DNA from: Fimbriimonadales bacterium
GTDB lineage: Bacteria; Armatimonadota; Fimbriimonadia; Fimbriimonadales; ATM1
Assembly (NCBI GenBank): GCA_051003155.1
Contig: JBPCLO010000053.1
Span: 26,676 to 90,675 of the forward strand
Direction: 5' to 3'
DNA: 64,000 nucleotides
Below the pieces are notes generated by a model that was given only the letters and a program-made list of their open reading frames with translations, was not told the origin of the DNA and did no database searches. The translations under genes and the position numbers were made by a program. The stretch's first letter is position 1. Each line of letters starts with the position of its first letter. This document shows, one piece after another, positions 10,591 to 20,307 of this stretch.

Positions 10591-12282
10591 TCAGGCCATC
10601 GGAATATTGAGTCCGCTCTTGCGAGCCGTTTCAAAGGCCAATTCATAGCCCGCATCGGCGTGGCGGAGGACTCCTGTCGCCGGGTCGGAATCGAGCACGC
10701 GGCGGAGGCGCTGTGCGGCTTCCGGCGTGCCGTCGGCCACGATCACCATGCCCGCGTGCTGCGAATAGCCCATCCCCACACCGCCCCCGTGGTGAACTGA
10801 GATCCACGACGCCCCATTGACGGCGTTGATGAGCGCGTTCAGGAACACCCAGTCGCTGATCGCGTCACTGCCGTCCTTCATCGCCTCCGTTTCGCGGTTC
10901 GGCGATGCGACGGAGCCTGTATCCAGGTGGTCCCGTCCTATGACGATGGGCGCTTTGATTCGGCCGCTCGCCACGAGGTCGTTGATGATGAGACCCAGCC
11001 GCGTGCGATCGCCCAGCCCCAGCCAGCATATCCGAGCCGGCAGGCCCTGGAACTTCACTTGCTCGGACGCCATCCGAATCCAGCGGCAGAGCGACTTGTC
11101 GTCGGCGAAGCTCTCTATAATGGCCTCGTCGATCACGCGAATATCGTTGGGATCGCCCGAGAGCGCCGCCCACCTGAACGGCCCCTTCCCTTCGCAGAAA
11201 AGCGGTCTGATGTACGCAGGGACGAACCCGGGAAAGTCGAAGGCGTTCTCGACTCCGTTGTCCTTTGCGACCTGGCGGATATTGTTGCCGTAGTCGAAAG
11301 TCTCTGCGCCCCGCTTCTGAAGTTCGAGCATAGCCTTCACGTGTTCGCAGATGGACCTGTTCGCTTGCGAGATGTACTTTTCGGGGTCGTTCTTGCGCAA
11401 AGCGTCGGCTTCTTCCAAGGAGTAGCCGGACGAAATATAGCCGTTCAGGACGTCGTGGGCGCTGGTTTGGTCGGTCAGTACATCGGGAACAGTGCCGCGG
11501 CGAACGAGTTCGGGCAGCACGTCCGCGGCGTTCGCGCAAAGACCCACGCTGAGCGGATTCTCTTCATCAATTGCCGCCCGGCACATGGCGAGCGCGTCAT
11601 CGAGGCTTTCCGCGGTCGCGTCCAAGTACTTTGTTTGGAGCCGCTTCTCGATCCGAGCAGGATCGACCTCGATGCACAGTGCCACGCCGCCGTTCATCGT
11701 CACGGCGAGTGGCTGGGCGCCTCCCATGCCCCCGAGGCCGGCGGTCACCGTCAGCTTCCCGGCGAGCGAGCCTCCGAACCGCTTCCTAGCAAGCGCCGCG
11801 AACGTCTCGTAGGTGCCTTGCAAAATGCCCTGCGAGCCGATGTATATCCACGAGCCGGCAGTCATCTGGCCGTACATGATCAGGCCCTTCTTGTCGAGCT
11901 CGCGGAATACCTCCCACGTAGCCCAGTTTGGTACAAGGTTCGAGTTCGCGATCAGCACTCGAGGCGCGTCACCGTGGCTCCCGAGCACGCCCACCGGCTT
12001 GCCGCTTTGAACGAGCAGTGTCTCATCACCATCTAGAACAAGTAGTGCCCGGACGATCGCCTTGAGCGAGTACCAGTTGCGCGCCGCCTTCCCGATTCCC
12101 CCGTAAACGACCAAGTCGAGCGGCCTCTCGGCGACTTCGGGATCGAGGTTGTTGAGGAGCATCCTCAGCGCAGCCTCCTGAACCCACCCCTTGCAGTTCA
12201 GCTCCGTCCCACGGGGCGCGGACACGAGAATCGGCTCCTTCGCATCGAGAATCGCCCCGATCGCCGTCGATAGCACAGGCAT
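10591..12282 (-). CDS. hutU: Urocanate hydratase
   Basis: [33 protein letters not shown] and GRDHLD motifs. Confidence 0.97.
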   Translation of the reverse strand: MPVLSTAIGAILDAKEPILVSAPRGTELNCKGWVQEAALRMLLNNLDPEVAERPLDLVVYGGIGKAARNWYSLKAIVRALLVLDGDETLLVQSGKPVGVLGSHGDAPRVLIANSNLVPNWATWEVFRELDKKGLIMYGQMTAGSWIYIGSQGILQGTYETFAALARKRFGGSLAGKLTVTAGLGGMGGAQPLAVTMNGGVALCIEVDPARIEKRLQTKYLDATAESLDDALAMCRAAIDEENPLSVGLCANAADVLPELVRRGTVPDVLTDQTSAHDVLNGYISSGYSLEEADALRKNDPEKYISQANRSICEHVKAMLELQKRGAETFDYGNNIRQVAKDNGVENAFDFPGFVPAYIRPLFCEGKGPFRWAALSGDPNDIRVIDEAIIESFADDKSLCRWIRMASEQVKFQGLPARICWLGLGDRTRLGLIINDLVASGRIKAPIVIGRDHLDTGSVASPNRETEAMKDGSDAISDWVFLNALINAVNGASWISVHHGGGVGMGYSQHAGMVIVADGTPEAAQRLRRVLDSDPATGVLRHADAGYELAFETARKSGLNIPMA

Positions 12283-12322
12283 GCCCGATTATGGCAGTCG
12301 GGAGGAAGGAATCACGGGACTT

Positions 12323-12346
12323 GTAGCATGGCGGGTGGCACCCGCC
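12323..12346 (+). repeat. GTAG-type REP-like palindrome
   Basis: GTAG-CAT-GGCGGGTG-G-CACCCGCC in an intergenic position. Confidence 0.5.
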
Positions 12347-12457
12347 GCGATTAATCGTCGGCGGCCTGAGCTTTCCTCCCCGCCTTCGCCCCTCGGCCCG
12401 ATCGTCGAGCACCTGCAGATGAAGAGCCCTCCGGATTCCCCTAGCTTGAGGGACGGG

Positions 12458-12643
12458 CTAGGGCGTGGGTGGACGTTTGCGAACGGCTTCGTTGATCCCA
12501 AGTGCGAATCCGCAGATGGCAATAACTATGGCGAACCAGCCGAATATGGGTAGGCCTTCGAGAACCAGAATGATGCCCGCGCGCGCAACCAAAGCAAAGC
12601 CGAGCATCGAGAAAGCTATCGATAACCAGCGGCTCTTCGGCAA
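12458..12643 (-). CDS. Small two-TM membrane protein
   Basis: Two hydrophobic stretches; strong purine-rich SD (GGAGGGAGG) upstream. Confidence 0.55.
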   Translation of the reverse strand: MPKSRWLSIAFSMLGFALVARAGIILVLEGLPIFGWFAIVIAICGFALGINEAVRKRPPTP

Positions 12644-12905
12644 ACGACATCCACCTCCCTCCCCCTCCTTCGGAGAGACTCAGGCGCCGCGGACCCAGAG
12701 CGTCTTCCCGATGTCCGCCTCGTCGAAGGTCGCGTTGTTCGGCGTATTCGTGTCGTCCGCGAGGAAGCCAATATCGTCAACCGGCGGCGCGCCCGCGCCT
12801 ACCGCGAGGATCGAAAAGATCAAGCGGCAAGACCGCGCGCCGGGGGCTTTGCCACTGCGTCCAGGCGATGGGTTGCCCAGGTCCCAGCGGTACAATCCAA
12901 GAAAG

Positions 12906-13607
12906 ATGACACGAGGACGACCTCAGAGAACGTACCTTCTGATAGTTATAGTCGCGGGTCTTTCCGTGGGAGGATGTCAGCACCGCTCCGGCCAGCCCTC
13001 TCGATCCCGCTTGACATCCGGAGAAGCTGCTTCCGGTCACTCCGACCCTCTCGGCCAAGTCCCCAATCTCGCGATAGCCTCGCAAGTCGAAGCGTCCAAC
13101 TACGTGCATCCCGGCTGTGGGACGTGCACGGGAGATCAAGCCTCTGCTGCACGCTTGTCGTTGGAGGAGGCGGTATCGGCACGGCCGGACTTGGCGCGCC
13201 TGCTCATGAAGGACCGGGACCCTGATGTGCGACGCGCCGCTGTCCTTTACGCCGGCACTGCTAAGCAGGCGTTACTGCGTGGCGATTTGGAGCGCGCGGT
13301 AGAGAGAGACGAAGATAGGCACGTGCGCACGTATGCCATAGCCGCCATTGAACAGATTGGCGCTGCGCCTTCGATCAGGGCAGTAACGCGTGCGCTCCGC
13401 GATAAATCGGCCGAGGTGAGAGCGATGGCCGGTCAAACCCTCGTCGACATTGGGCATCCGGTGTCGTTCAAGTTCTTAGATGCGCTCGACCGCCGCCAGG
13501 CTCCGTATCTCGATGAGGTGGACCGGTACCACGCGGAGCTGCACGCTCGCACGGCGCTGATCACGCTTATCGACCGAGCGCAAAGGCCGCGGAAGACCCC
13601 GCGGTAG
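12906..13607 (+). CDS. Putative lipoprotein with HEAT repeats
   Basis: MTRGRPQRTYLLIVIVAGLSVGG-C lipobox-like signal; HEAT repeats (DPDVRRAA, RHVRTYAI, AEVRAMAG); TACAAT shortly upstream. Confidence 0.65.
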   Translation: MTRGRPQRTYLLIVIVAGLSVGGCQHRSGQPSRSRLTSGEAASGHSDPLGQVPNLAIASQVEASNYVHPGCGTCTGDQASAARLSLEEAVSARPDLARLLMKDRDPDVRRAAVLYAGTAKQALLRGDLERAVERDEDRHVRTYAIAAIEQIGAAPSIRAVTRALRDKSAEVRAMAGQTLVDIGHPVSFKFLDALDRRQAPYLDEVDRYHAELHARTALITLIDRAQRPRKTPR

Positions 13608-13831
13608 AACCCCTCAATGATTGAAGCGTGTGCCTCGATGGTGCGCCGAGACCCCAACCCGGTAGTCAACTCACTCAACCCTGGAGGCATGCCACGAGGT
13701 ATTCACCTCCGCCACCGGCTCTCCCACTGATGGCCCCACCGCCTTACGTCCTTTTTGTGATGGCGTGTTTGTGATGGCGTGGTATCAAAAACTCGTATAC
13801 ACTCATCGCCATGAGAAGACAGGCAAAATGC

Positions 13832-14270
13832 GGCGGGCTGGGTGGACTTGATCTCTCCATGGTCAACGAACGTGGGTGGCAAGGACACGCGACTCCTGAT
13901 CCCGGGCGGGCCAACCTAGCGACCAGCGCGTCCGTGAACGACATCCTTTCGCCGGCGCACAAGTAAGATTGCCTCGTAGTAGATAATGGACGCGCACCGC
14001 GTACGCCGAGCCCGGGCACAAGCAAGAATTGGCATTCTCGTGGTACCGCGCTGGCTATGCGAGAAGGTTGTCGATTGGAATGGTCGAGTGCGAGGTGGTA
14101 CGCTGACTTCGAAGCGAGCTTCGAGGTGGATCGATGCGATGTGGGCCTGCACCCGAAGGTATTCGTTCGCGGACACACTGATAGAACAGCTCTGCCCACG
14201 ACAACGAGAGGTCGCGTGTCCGTGCCACCCACCTTGGTCAAGATTGGGAATCAGGGCCACCCAGCCCGCC
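13832..14270 (+). mobile_element. Non-autonomous element: degenerate REP-associated tyrosine transposase (RAYT) remnant between ~63-bp inverted repeats
   Basis: Imperfect IRs at 13832-13895 and 14208-14270; interior reads YAEPGHKQELAFSWYR joined to LCEKVVDW and EWSSARWY across frameshifts. Confidence 0.7.
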
Positions 14271-14488
14271 ACCGCCGCCCCTCTTCTTTCTACTTTCTAG
14301 CGCTCTCGAATCGCTTCTTGTCGCGCTCGAGCTCTTCCTCGCTCCGCTTCTTGTCGTACTCCCGGTGGAGTCAGGGCCACCCGGCCGGCCCGCGGACTCC
14401 CAATCGCGGCTATGTGGATGGACCGGGGGGAGGTTGGATGGGGGCAGATCAAAGTCAACTCCGGTCCTTCGGTTGCTATAATCACCAA

Positions 14489-15076
14489 ATGCCGTCCACT
14501 TCTTCGCAAATGCTTCCGCTGGGCACGCCCGCCCCTGACTTTAGCCTTCCCGATTTAGATGGGAAGATGGTGAGCCCCGGGGACTTCAAGGATGCCCGCG
14601 CGCTCCTCGTGATGTTCGTTTGCAATCACTGCCCGTTCGTGGTGCATGTCAAGGACGAACTTACGCGGCTGTACGACGACTACGCGCCGCTCGTAGTCGG
14701 CATTGTAGCGATCAACCCCAACGATGCTGACGAGTATCCGGAAGACTCGCCGGACGCCATGCGGCAGCGGGCCGAGGACTGGGGCTGGACGTTTGCTTAC
14801 CTCTACGACGAGCAGCAAGCCGCCGCAAAGGCCTTCCGAGCCGCTTGCACACCCGACTTTTTCCTCTTCGACTCGGACCGGAAGCTTGCGTATAGAGGGC
14901 AGCTCGACGGCAGCCGACCCGGCAACGGGCAGCCGGTAACCGGGGCCGACCTTAGGCACGCGCTAGAAGCCGTTCTCGAAGGCGAAATGCCGAATGAAGA
15001 GCAGGCTCCGAGCATAGGCTGCAGTATCAAGTGGAAGCCCGGAAACGCGCCGAATTACGCCATGGGCGACTTCTAA
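14489..15076 (+). CDS. Thioredoxin-family (AhpC/TSA-like) redoxin
   Basis: APDFSLP, MFVCNHCPFV, ACTPDFF, YRGQLD and SIGCSIKWK motifs; start reassigned to the ATG after TATAAT. Confidence 0.92.
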   Translation: MPSTSSQMLPLGTPAPDFSLPDLDGKMVSPGDFKDARALLVMFVCNHCPFVVHVKDELTRLYDDYAPLVVGIVAINPNDADEYPEDSPDAMRQRAEDWGWTFAYLYDEQQAAAKAFRAACTPDFFLFDSDRKLAYRGQLDGSRPGNGQPVTGADLRHALEAVLEGEMPNEEQAPSIGCSIKWKPGNAPNYAMGDF

Positions 15077-16147
15077 GTGCCGCGAACCCTGATCGCGATC
15101 GACGCGACGCTCGTTCTCGGGGAAAACACCGGAGACTCGACGTACTGGACCGGGTTGCTCTCAGGGCTCGCGGACATCGAATCGGAGTTCGACTTTGTGC
15201 TGCTTTCCGATCAGGACAAGCCACCGAATCTAGATCTGCCCGAAGAACGGTTCACCTGGACCATGCTGCCGAAGCGCCGGAGCCGCTGGTTCAGCCGCGT
15301 CACGTTGCCCGTGGCAGCAAGAAAGCTGGGCGCCGGTGCCTTTCATACCCAGTACTCGCTCAGCCCGCTCGCCCGAAACGGGATAACGACGATCCACGAC
15401 GTGAGCTTCTTCATAGGCCCTGAATGGTTCAAGCCGAAGGACCGCTTTCTCCTCCGGAGATCAGTCCCGGCATCTGCGATGCGCGCGGTGAAGGTGATCA
15501 CCGTAAGCGAAACCAGCAAGCGCGACATAGTGAGCTACTTGAGGGTTCCTCCGGGCAAGGTGGCAGTTACATACAACGCCGCTCAACCGTACTTCCGGCC
15601 GACCGAGCCAGGGCCGGTGCTGAAATCGCTCGGTATCGATAGCCCCTACCTGTTGACAATCGGGGCACGCTGGCCACGAAAGAACATAGCCCTTGCGATC
15701 CAAGCCGCGGCATTGCTTCCCGAACGACTCTCCCATAAACTGATCGTGACTGGCAAAGAGGGTTGGGGCGACGAAGGCGAAAGCCCGCGCGTCGTCTCGA
15801 CCGGTTACTTGGCGAACGAACAGCTGCCCGCCCTGTATTCGGGAGCATCTATCTATCTTTTACCCAGCCACTACGAGGGCTTCGGATTACCGATGCTGGA
15901 GGCATTCGCCTGCGGCACCCCCGTGCTCTCGTCGAGCGGCGGCGCGCTGCCCGAGGTGTCAGCCGGCGCTGCCGAAATCATGAACGAGGCGACTCCCGGC
16001 GCTTGGGCCGCGAAGATACAGGAACTGCTCGCCGATTCGAGTAAGCTTGCCGAAATGAGGGACCGGGGCTTTGCCCGGGCCGCGCAGTTTTCTTGGCAGG
16101 AGACCGCGCGCCGCACCCTCGACGTATACCGCGAGGTTTGCCAATGA
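15077..16147 (+). CDS. Glycosyltransferase family 4
   Basis: PSHYEGFGLPMLEAFACGTPV and FSWQETA motifs. Confidence 0.92.
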   Translation: MPRTLIAIDATLVLGENTGDSTYWTGLLSGLADIESEFDFVLLSDQDKPPNLDLPEERFTWTMLPKRRSRWFSRVTLPVAARKLGAGAFHTQYSLSPLARNGITTIHDVSFFIGPEWFKPKDRFLLRRSVPASAMRAVKVITVSETSKRDIVSYLRVPPGKVAVTYNAAQPYFRPTEPGPVLKSLGIDSPYLLTIGARWPRKNIALAIQAAALLPERLSHKLIVTGKEGWGDEGESPRVVSTGYLANEQLPALYSGASIYLLPSHYEGFGLPMLEAFACGTPVLSSSGGALPEVSAGAAEIMNEATPGAWAAKIQELLADSSKLAEMRDRGFARAAQFSWQETARRTLDVYREVCQ

Positions 16148-16332
16148 TCGACGATTTTCTTCTTGAAGTGCTTGCTTGTCCTCGATGCGAAAGCCGCCCG
16201 CCGGTAAAGCTGCGGGGCAGTTTGCTCGTGTGCACAGAGTGCGGATATGGCTACCGCATCATCGACGAAATTCCGCAGATGCTTCCCGAGGACGCCATCC
16301 CGCCGGAGGAGGTCGAGAAAGAGAATGGCTGA
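16144..16332 (+). CDS. Trm112/YcaR family protein
   Basis: LLEVLACPRC...LVCTEC...YRIIDEIPQML; ATGA overlap with the upstream gene. Confidence 0.9.
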   Translation: MIDDFLLEVLACPRCESRPPVKLRGSLLVCTECGYGYRIIDEIPQMLPEDAIPPEEVEKENG

Positions 16333-16777
16333 GCCTAAACGCGTGCTCGTCCTCCACGGGCCTAACCTAAACCTGCTCGGATTTCGCGAGATGAACGTGT
16401 ACGGCGCGAAGCCGCTGGAGGATATCGACGAGGATATCAAGAAGCGCGCCGGCGACATGGGAATCGAGGTCCGGATTCTGCAATCCAACAGCGAAGGCCA
16501 ACTCATCGACACCATCCACGAGCACCGAACCTGGGCGGGCGGCATTATCATCAACCCGGGCGGCCTCAGCCACTATTCGATCTCGCTGAGAGACGCGCTC
16601 GCGGCTGTGAGGATGCCCGTTGTGGAGGTCCACGTGACCAATATCTTCAGCCGGGAGCAATTCAGGCACACGTCCGTGGTTTCTCCCGTATGCATTGGAA
16701 TTATCAGCGGCTTCGGCGGCTTTGGCTATCTTTTGGCGCTCGAGGCGGTCGCTGATGTGATGGAGGCGACCGTATGA
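16325..16777 (+). CDS. aroQ: Type II 3-dehydroquinate dehydratase
   Basis: HGPNLNLLG, QSNSEG, INPGG and EVHVTN motifs. Confidence 0.96.
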   Translation: MAEPKRVLVLHGPNLNLLGFREMNVYGAKPLEDIDEDIKKRAGDMGIEVRILQSNSEGQLIDTIHEHRTWAGGIIINPGGLSHYSISLRDALAAVRMPVVEVHVTNIFSREQFRHTSVVSPVCIGIISGFGGFGYLLALEAVADVMEATV

Positions 16778-17844
16778 GTCGATCAATCAGCAAACTTCGT
16801 ACTCGAATGTCGGAAGCCGGAATCGACGCAATGCTGGTCACGGCCATCGATAATGTCCGCTGGCTCACGGGCTTCTCCGGGAGCTCCGGAGCGGCCCTGG
16901 TCACACAGAAAGACGGCGTCTTTATCTCCGACAGCCGCTACCGCGAGCAAGCCGGCGAAGAAGTTCAGGGTTTTCCGGTCGAGATTTACCAGAGCCCGAA
17001 GTCGCTAGCTGAAACGATGGCCCACGCGGCGAAGGGTCTCGGGATTCAGAAGCTGTCCTTCGAAGCCGAGCACGTTTCGGTGGCGACGTTCAACTCATGG
17101 AAGGAACGGTTCAACGGCGTCGTTCTCGAAGCGGCATCCAATATCGCCGATCGCTTGCGTATGGTAAAAACGCCTGACGAGATCGAGAAGATCCGGGCCG
17201 CGTGCGGCGTTGCCGATTCATGCTGGTCCCATGTTCAGCGCATGCTTCAGCCGGGAGTCACCGAGTACGACATCGGTTTGGACATAGAGTTTTTTATCAG
17301 GCGCCAGGGAGCGCAGCTCGCCTTCTCGCCGATCGTCGTCAGCGGGCCGCGAAGCGCCCGGCCGCACGGAGACCCGAGCGAGCGCAAGCTCGAAGACGGC
17401 GACTTCGTGACCATGGACTTCGGGGCAAACGTCGACGGCTACAACAGCGACATTACGCGCACCATAGTCATCGGAGAGCCGACGGAGAGGCACCGCGAGA
17501 TATGGAACGCCGTTCTCGAAGCGCAACTCGCCGCTATCGACGCGATCCGGCCCGGCAAGGGCGCACAAGAAGTCGACGCCCTCAGCCGCGAGGTCTTGGC
17601 AAAGTACGACTTGGCCAAGTATTTTGGCCACGGCCTCGGCCACGGACTCGGACGCCTCGTGCACGACATCGGCGGAATGAATGCCGTGTCGAAAGACTTA
17701 CTCGAAGAGGGCCAAGTTTGGACCGTCGAGCCGGGCGTTTACATCGAGGGCTTCGGCGGAGTCCGAATCGAAGACGACATCGTGGTTACTGAAAACGGCT
17801 GCGAGGTCCTCACCCATTCACCCAAGGAAATCAGCCCGGCCTAG
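16774..17844 (+). CDS. Xaa-Pro aminopeptidase (M24B)
   Basis: Creatinase-like N-domain; SDITRT, HGLGHG, TVEPG and GVRIED motifs. Confidence 0.93.
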   Translation: MSRSISKLRTRMSEAGIDAMLVTAIDNVRWLTGFSGSSGAALVTQKDGVFISDSRYREQAGEEVQGFPVEIYQSPKSLAETMAHAAKGLGIQKLSFEAEHVSVATFNSWKERFNGVVLEAASNIADRLRMVKTPDEIEKIRAACGVADSCWSHVQRMLQPGVTEYDIGLDIEFFIRRQGAQLAFSPIVVSGPRSARPHGDPSERKLEDGDFVTMDFGANVDGYNSDITRTIVIGEPTERHREIWNAVLEAQLAAIDAIRPGKGAQEVDALSREVLAKYDLAKYFGHGLGHGLGRLVHDIGGMNAVSKDLLEEGQVWTVEPGVYIEGFGGVRIEDDIVVTENGCEVLTHSPKEISPA

Positions 17845-19242
17845 ATGGCGGAGGTGCTCGACGTAGAGGCGCCACGGGTTCCAGAGTCGTCGGCCCGAGT
17901 CGTCTGGCACCTCGCATGGCCGATCATTGCCCTCAACTCGCTCCAAGTCGTTAACAGCCTCTTGGACGCGAAGTTCGTGTCTGCGCTGGGCCCCGCCTCC
18001 CTAAACGCATCGGGAGCTTCTCAAAGCTTCGTCTTCCTCATCGTGAGCCTCGCGTTCGCCTTGGGGATCGGCGCGACCGCGCTCGTTAGCCGGTTCCATG
18101 GCGCTGAGCAGCGCGAGGACCTGCTCAAAGCAAGCCGCCAATCCGTTTCCCTCAGCCTAGTCATCGGCATCTGCCTCTCCGGAATCGCCGCGGCTCTCAT
18201 TCCGCAGATATCGGCGCTGTTCGTCGACCGTGATAGCCCGGCCTACGGCGAGATGCTTCGGTATCTCTACCCGCTTATGGCGGGCATCCCGGCGCTGTAC
18301 GTGTTCAACGCGCTTGCATCCTGCTTGCGCGCGGTGGGTGATACGAAGACGCCAATGTACGTTTCGGGCGTGCAAATCCTGATCCACATCGTCCTGAACT
18401 ACATTCTCATCTTCCCGAGCCGAGAGCTTCACTTCCTCGGGACGACGATGGCGCTGCCCGGCGCTGATTTAGGAATCGCCGGGGCGGGTTGGGCGTTTTC
18501 GATCAGCGCATGGGTTTCGGCCTTTCTTTACTTTCCGGCGTCCGGCCGCACGGTTCTCGGCTCGACCTGGCGCCTGCAGGTCATCGAGGGCCAGTGGGCC
18601 AAGCGTATTCTGAACATCTCTCTGCCCGCTTCGCTCATGACGATCATCCGCGTAACGTCCTTCGCGGTTTTTTCCATGGCGTTGAAGCACACTGCCGAAG
18701 GAGAGGCGGCGCTCGGCGCGATGCGGGTGGGCATCTCCATGGAGGCTATCGCATTCATGCCTGCCTTCGGCTACATGGTGGCGGCTTCGGCGCTCGTGGG
18801 CCAATCCCTTGGCATGAAAAAGCCCGATCGGGCCGAATCACTCGCCTGGTCCGCGACCAATCAAGCGGTGCTCTTGATATCGGTCATGTCGGTTATCTTT
18901 CTGGTTTTCGCGCCACAGTTTTCCGCGATTTTCGTGGACGACCCGGCTCAGCGAGCGATCGCGATCGACTATCTTAGGATCGTTGCCATCACCGAGCCTC
19001 TGTTCGGCTACGCCATGGTACTGACCGGTGCTCACCAGGGCGCAGGGGACACCGGAAGTCCAACCTGGGCAAACTTCATCTCGTCGTGGCTCATTCGCGT
19101 TCCTGCGGTGTGGTTCTTCGCGGTCCACATGGGCTTTGGAAGCACGGCGGCTTGGATCGCGATGTCCGTGTCGCAAGCGATCAACGGCCTCATGATGATA
19201 CGGCTGTTCAAAGCCGGACGCTGGAAAGATAAGGCCGTATAG
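17845..19242 (+). CDS. MATE family efflux transporter
   Basis: About 12 TM helices; LAWP, LRAVGDTKTP and GAGDT MATE motifs. Confidence 0.92.
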   Translation: MAEVLDVEAPRVPESSARVVWHLAWPIIALNSLQVVNSLLDAKFVSALGPASLNASGASQSFVFLIVSLAFALGIGATALVSRFHGAEQREDLLKASRQSVSLSLVIGICLSGIAAALIPQISALFVDRDSPAYGEMLRYLYPLMAGIPALYVFNALASCLRAVGDTKTPMYVSGVQILIHIVLNYILIFPSRELHFLGTTMALPGADLGIAGAGWAFSISAWVSAFLYFPASGRTVLGSTWRLQVIEGQWAKRILNISLPASLMTIIRVTSFAVFSMALKHTAEGEAALGAMRVGISMEAIAFMPAFGYMVAASALVGQSLGMKKPDRAESLAWSATNQAVLLISVMSVIFLVFAPQFSAIFVDDPAQRAIAIDYLRIVAITEPLFGYAMVLTGAHQGAGDTGSPTWANFISSWLIRVPAVWFFAVHMGFGSTAAWIAMSVSQAINGLMMIRLFKAGRWKDKAV

Positions 19243-19284
19243 CGCTCAGTCGATCTCCCACACCGCTGAGAATTCCGTGCGTAA

Positions 19285-20307
19285 TCAAACATAGGCGATC
19301 GAAAGAGCTGCTGCGTCCGGAAACAGTTCGCCATGAAGCCGCGCGGCATATCGGTCCGTCATTCCCGACACGTAATCGACCACACCCTGAAGGCCGCTAT
19401 ATCCGTCCGGAAGCGACATTGGACTGTCCGCGTAATGGTCGAACAGCGCGCGCACCAAACCCTGCGCCTCGACAACATGGGGCAGCCTGCTCGGATAGTC
19501 CAGATAGAAGCTCTCGAAAAGGTACTCCTTCATGAAGTTGGTCATGTCCAGCATCCTCGTCCCAAACCCGACTATGGGCTTTCCGGCGCTGTTCTCGATC
19601 AGGTCGATCACCATTCGACCGATGCGCGTGCTGTGTGTTTCGCCAATTTCGACAATTTCTGAAGGCAGATCTTCGATTCGGAGCCATCCCGCTCGCAAAG
19701 CATCGTCGAGGTCATGATTGAGGTAGGCAATCCTATCGGCCACCCGAACCACGGCGGCTTCGAGCGAGGGGCAGTTTTCGCCGTCGTATGCAACCAAGTC
19801 CAATCGCCCTTTGCTGTGCCCGCCGATGCCTTCAAGCGTCTCTTGCGTGAGATTCAGCCTTTCGAGAACGGCCAAGACCCTTAGGCTCTGCTGGTAATGC
19901 CGGAATCGTTGCGCCTGGTCCCTTGCTCTGAGCGCGTCATCCAACGCGGCCTCACCGGCATGGCCGAATGGCGTGTGTCCAACGTCGTGGCCGAGCGAAA
20001 TTGCTTCGGCCAGGTCCTCGTTCAAGCTTAGCGCGCGCGCAATCGTCCGCGATATCTGTGAGACCTCCAGTGTATGCGTTAGCCGGGTTCGGTAGTGGTC
20101 TCCCGCAGGCGCGATAAAGACTTGTGTTTTATGCATCAGGCGACGAAACGACTTACTGTGCAGGATGCGGTCGCGATCCCGCTGGAAGCAGGTTCGAACC
20201 GGATCCTGCTCCTCGTCGATCTCGCGGCCGTGGCTGTCCTTTGCGAGCGAGGCGTGGCCGGACAGGCCGCTTCGCTCACGATCCTCAGTCTGCTCTCGTA
20301 CGTGCAT
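19285..20307 (-). CDS. dgt: Deoxyguanosinetriphosphate triphosphohydrolase (HD domain)
   Basis: FQRDRDRILHS, RTRLTHTLEV, GHDVGHTPFGHAGE and SGMTD motifs. Confidence 0.93.
   Translation of the reverse strand: MHVREQTEDRERSGLSGHASLAKDSHGREIDEEQDPVRTCFQRDRDRILHSKSFRRLMHKTQVFIAPAGDHYRTRLTHTLEVSQISRTIARALSLNEDLAEAISLGHDVGHTPFGHAGEAALDDALRARDQAQRFRHYQQSLRVLAVLERLNLTQETLEGIGGHSKGRLDLVAYDGENCPSLEAAVVRVADRIAYLNHDLDDALRAGWLRIEDLPSEIVEIGETHSTRIGRMVIDLIENSAGKPIVGFGTRMLDMTNFMKEYLFESFYLDYPSRLPHVVEAQGLVRALFDHYADSPMSLPDGYSGLQGVVDYVSGMTDRYAARLHGELFPDAAALSIAYV

Noticed and set aside
10927..12036. Long antisense ORFs (also 24067-25374, 37560-38738, 40117-41436, 42651-43631, 53872-55038, 56800-58116, 60770-62197)
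   Set aside because: Shadow ORFs of well-supported opposite-strand genes in GC-rich DNA.
12465..12905. N-terminal extension of the HEAT lipoprotein; similar extensions at 14057, 24098, 42063 and 50190
   Set aside because: Low-complexity upstream translation; better starts are supported by motifs or -10 boxes.
13660..13700. IS200/IS605-type end (GTCAACT...)
   Set aside because: Only a 7-nt resemblance, with no TnpB or IscB ORF nearby.
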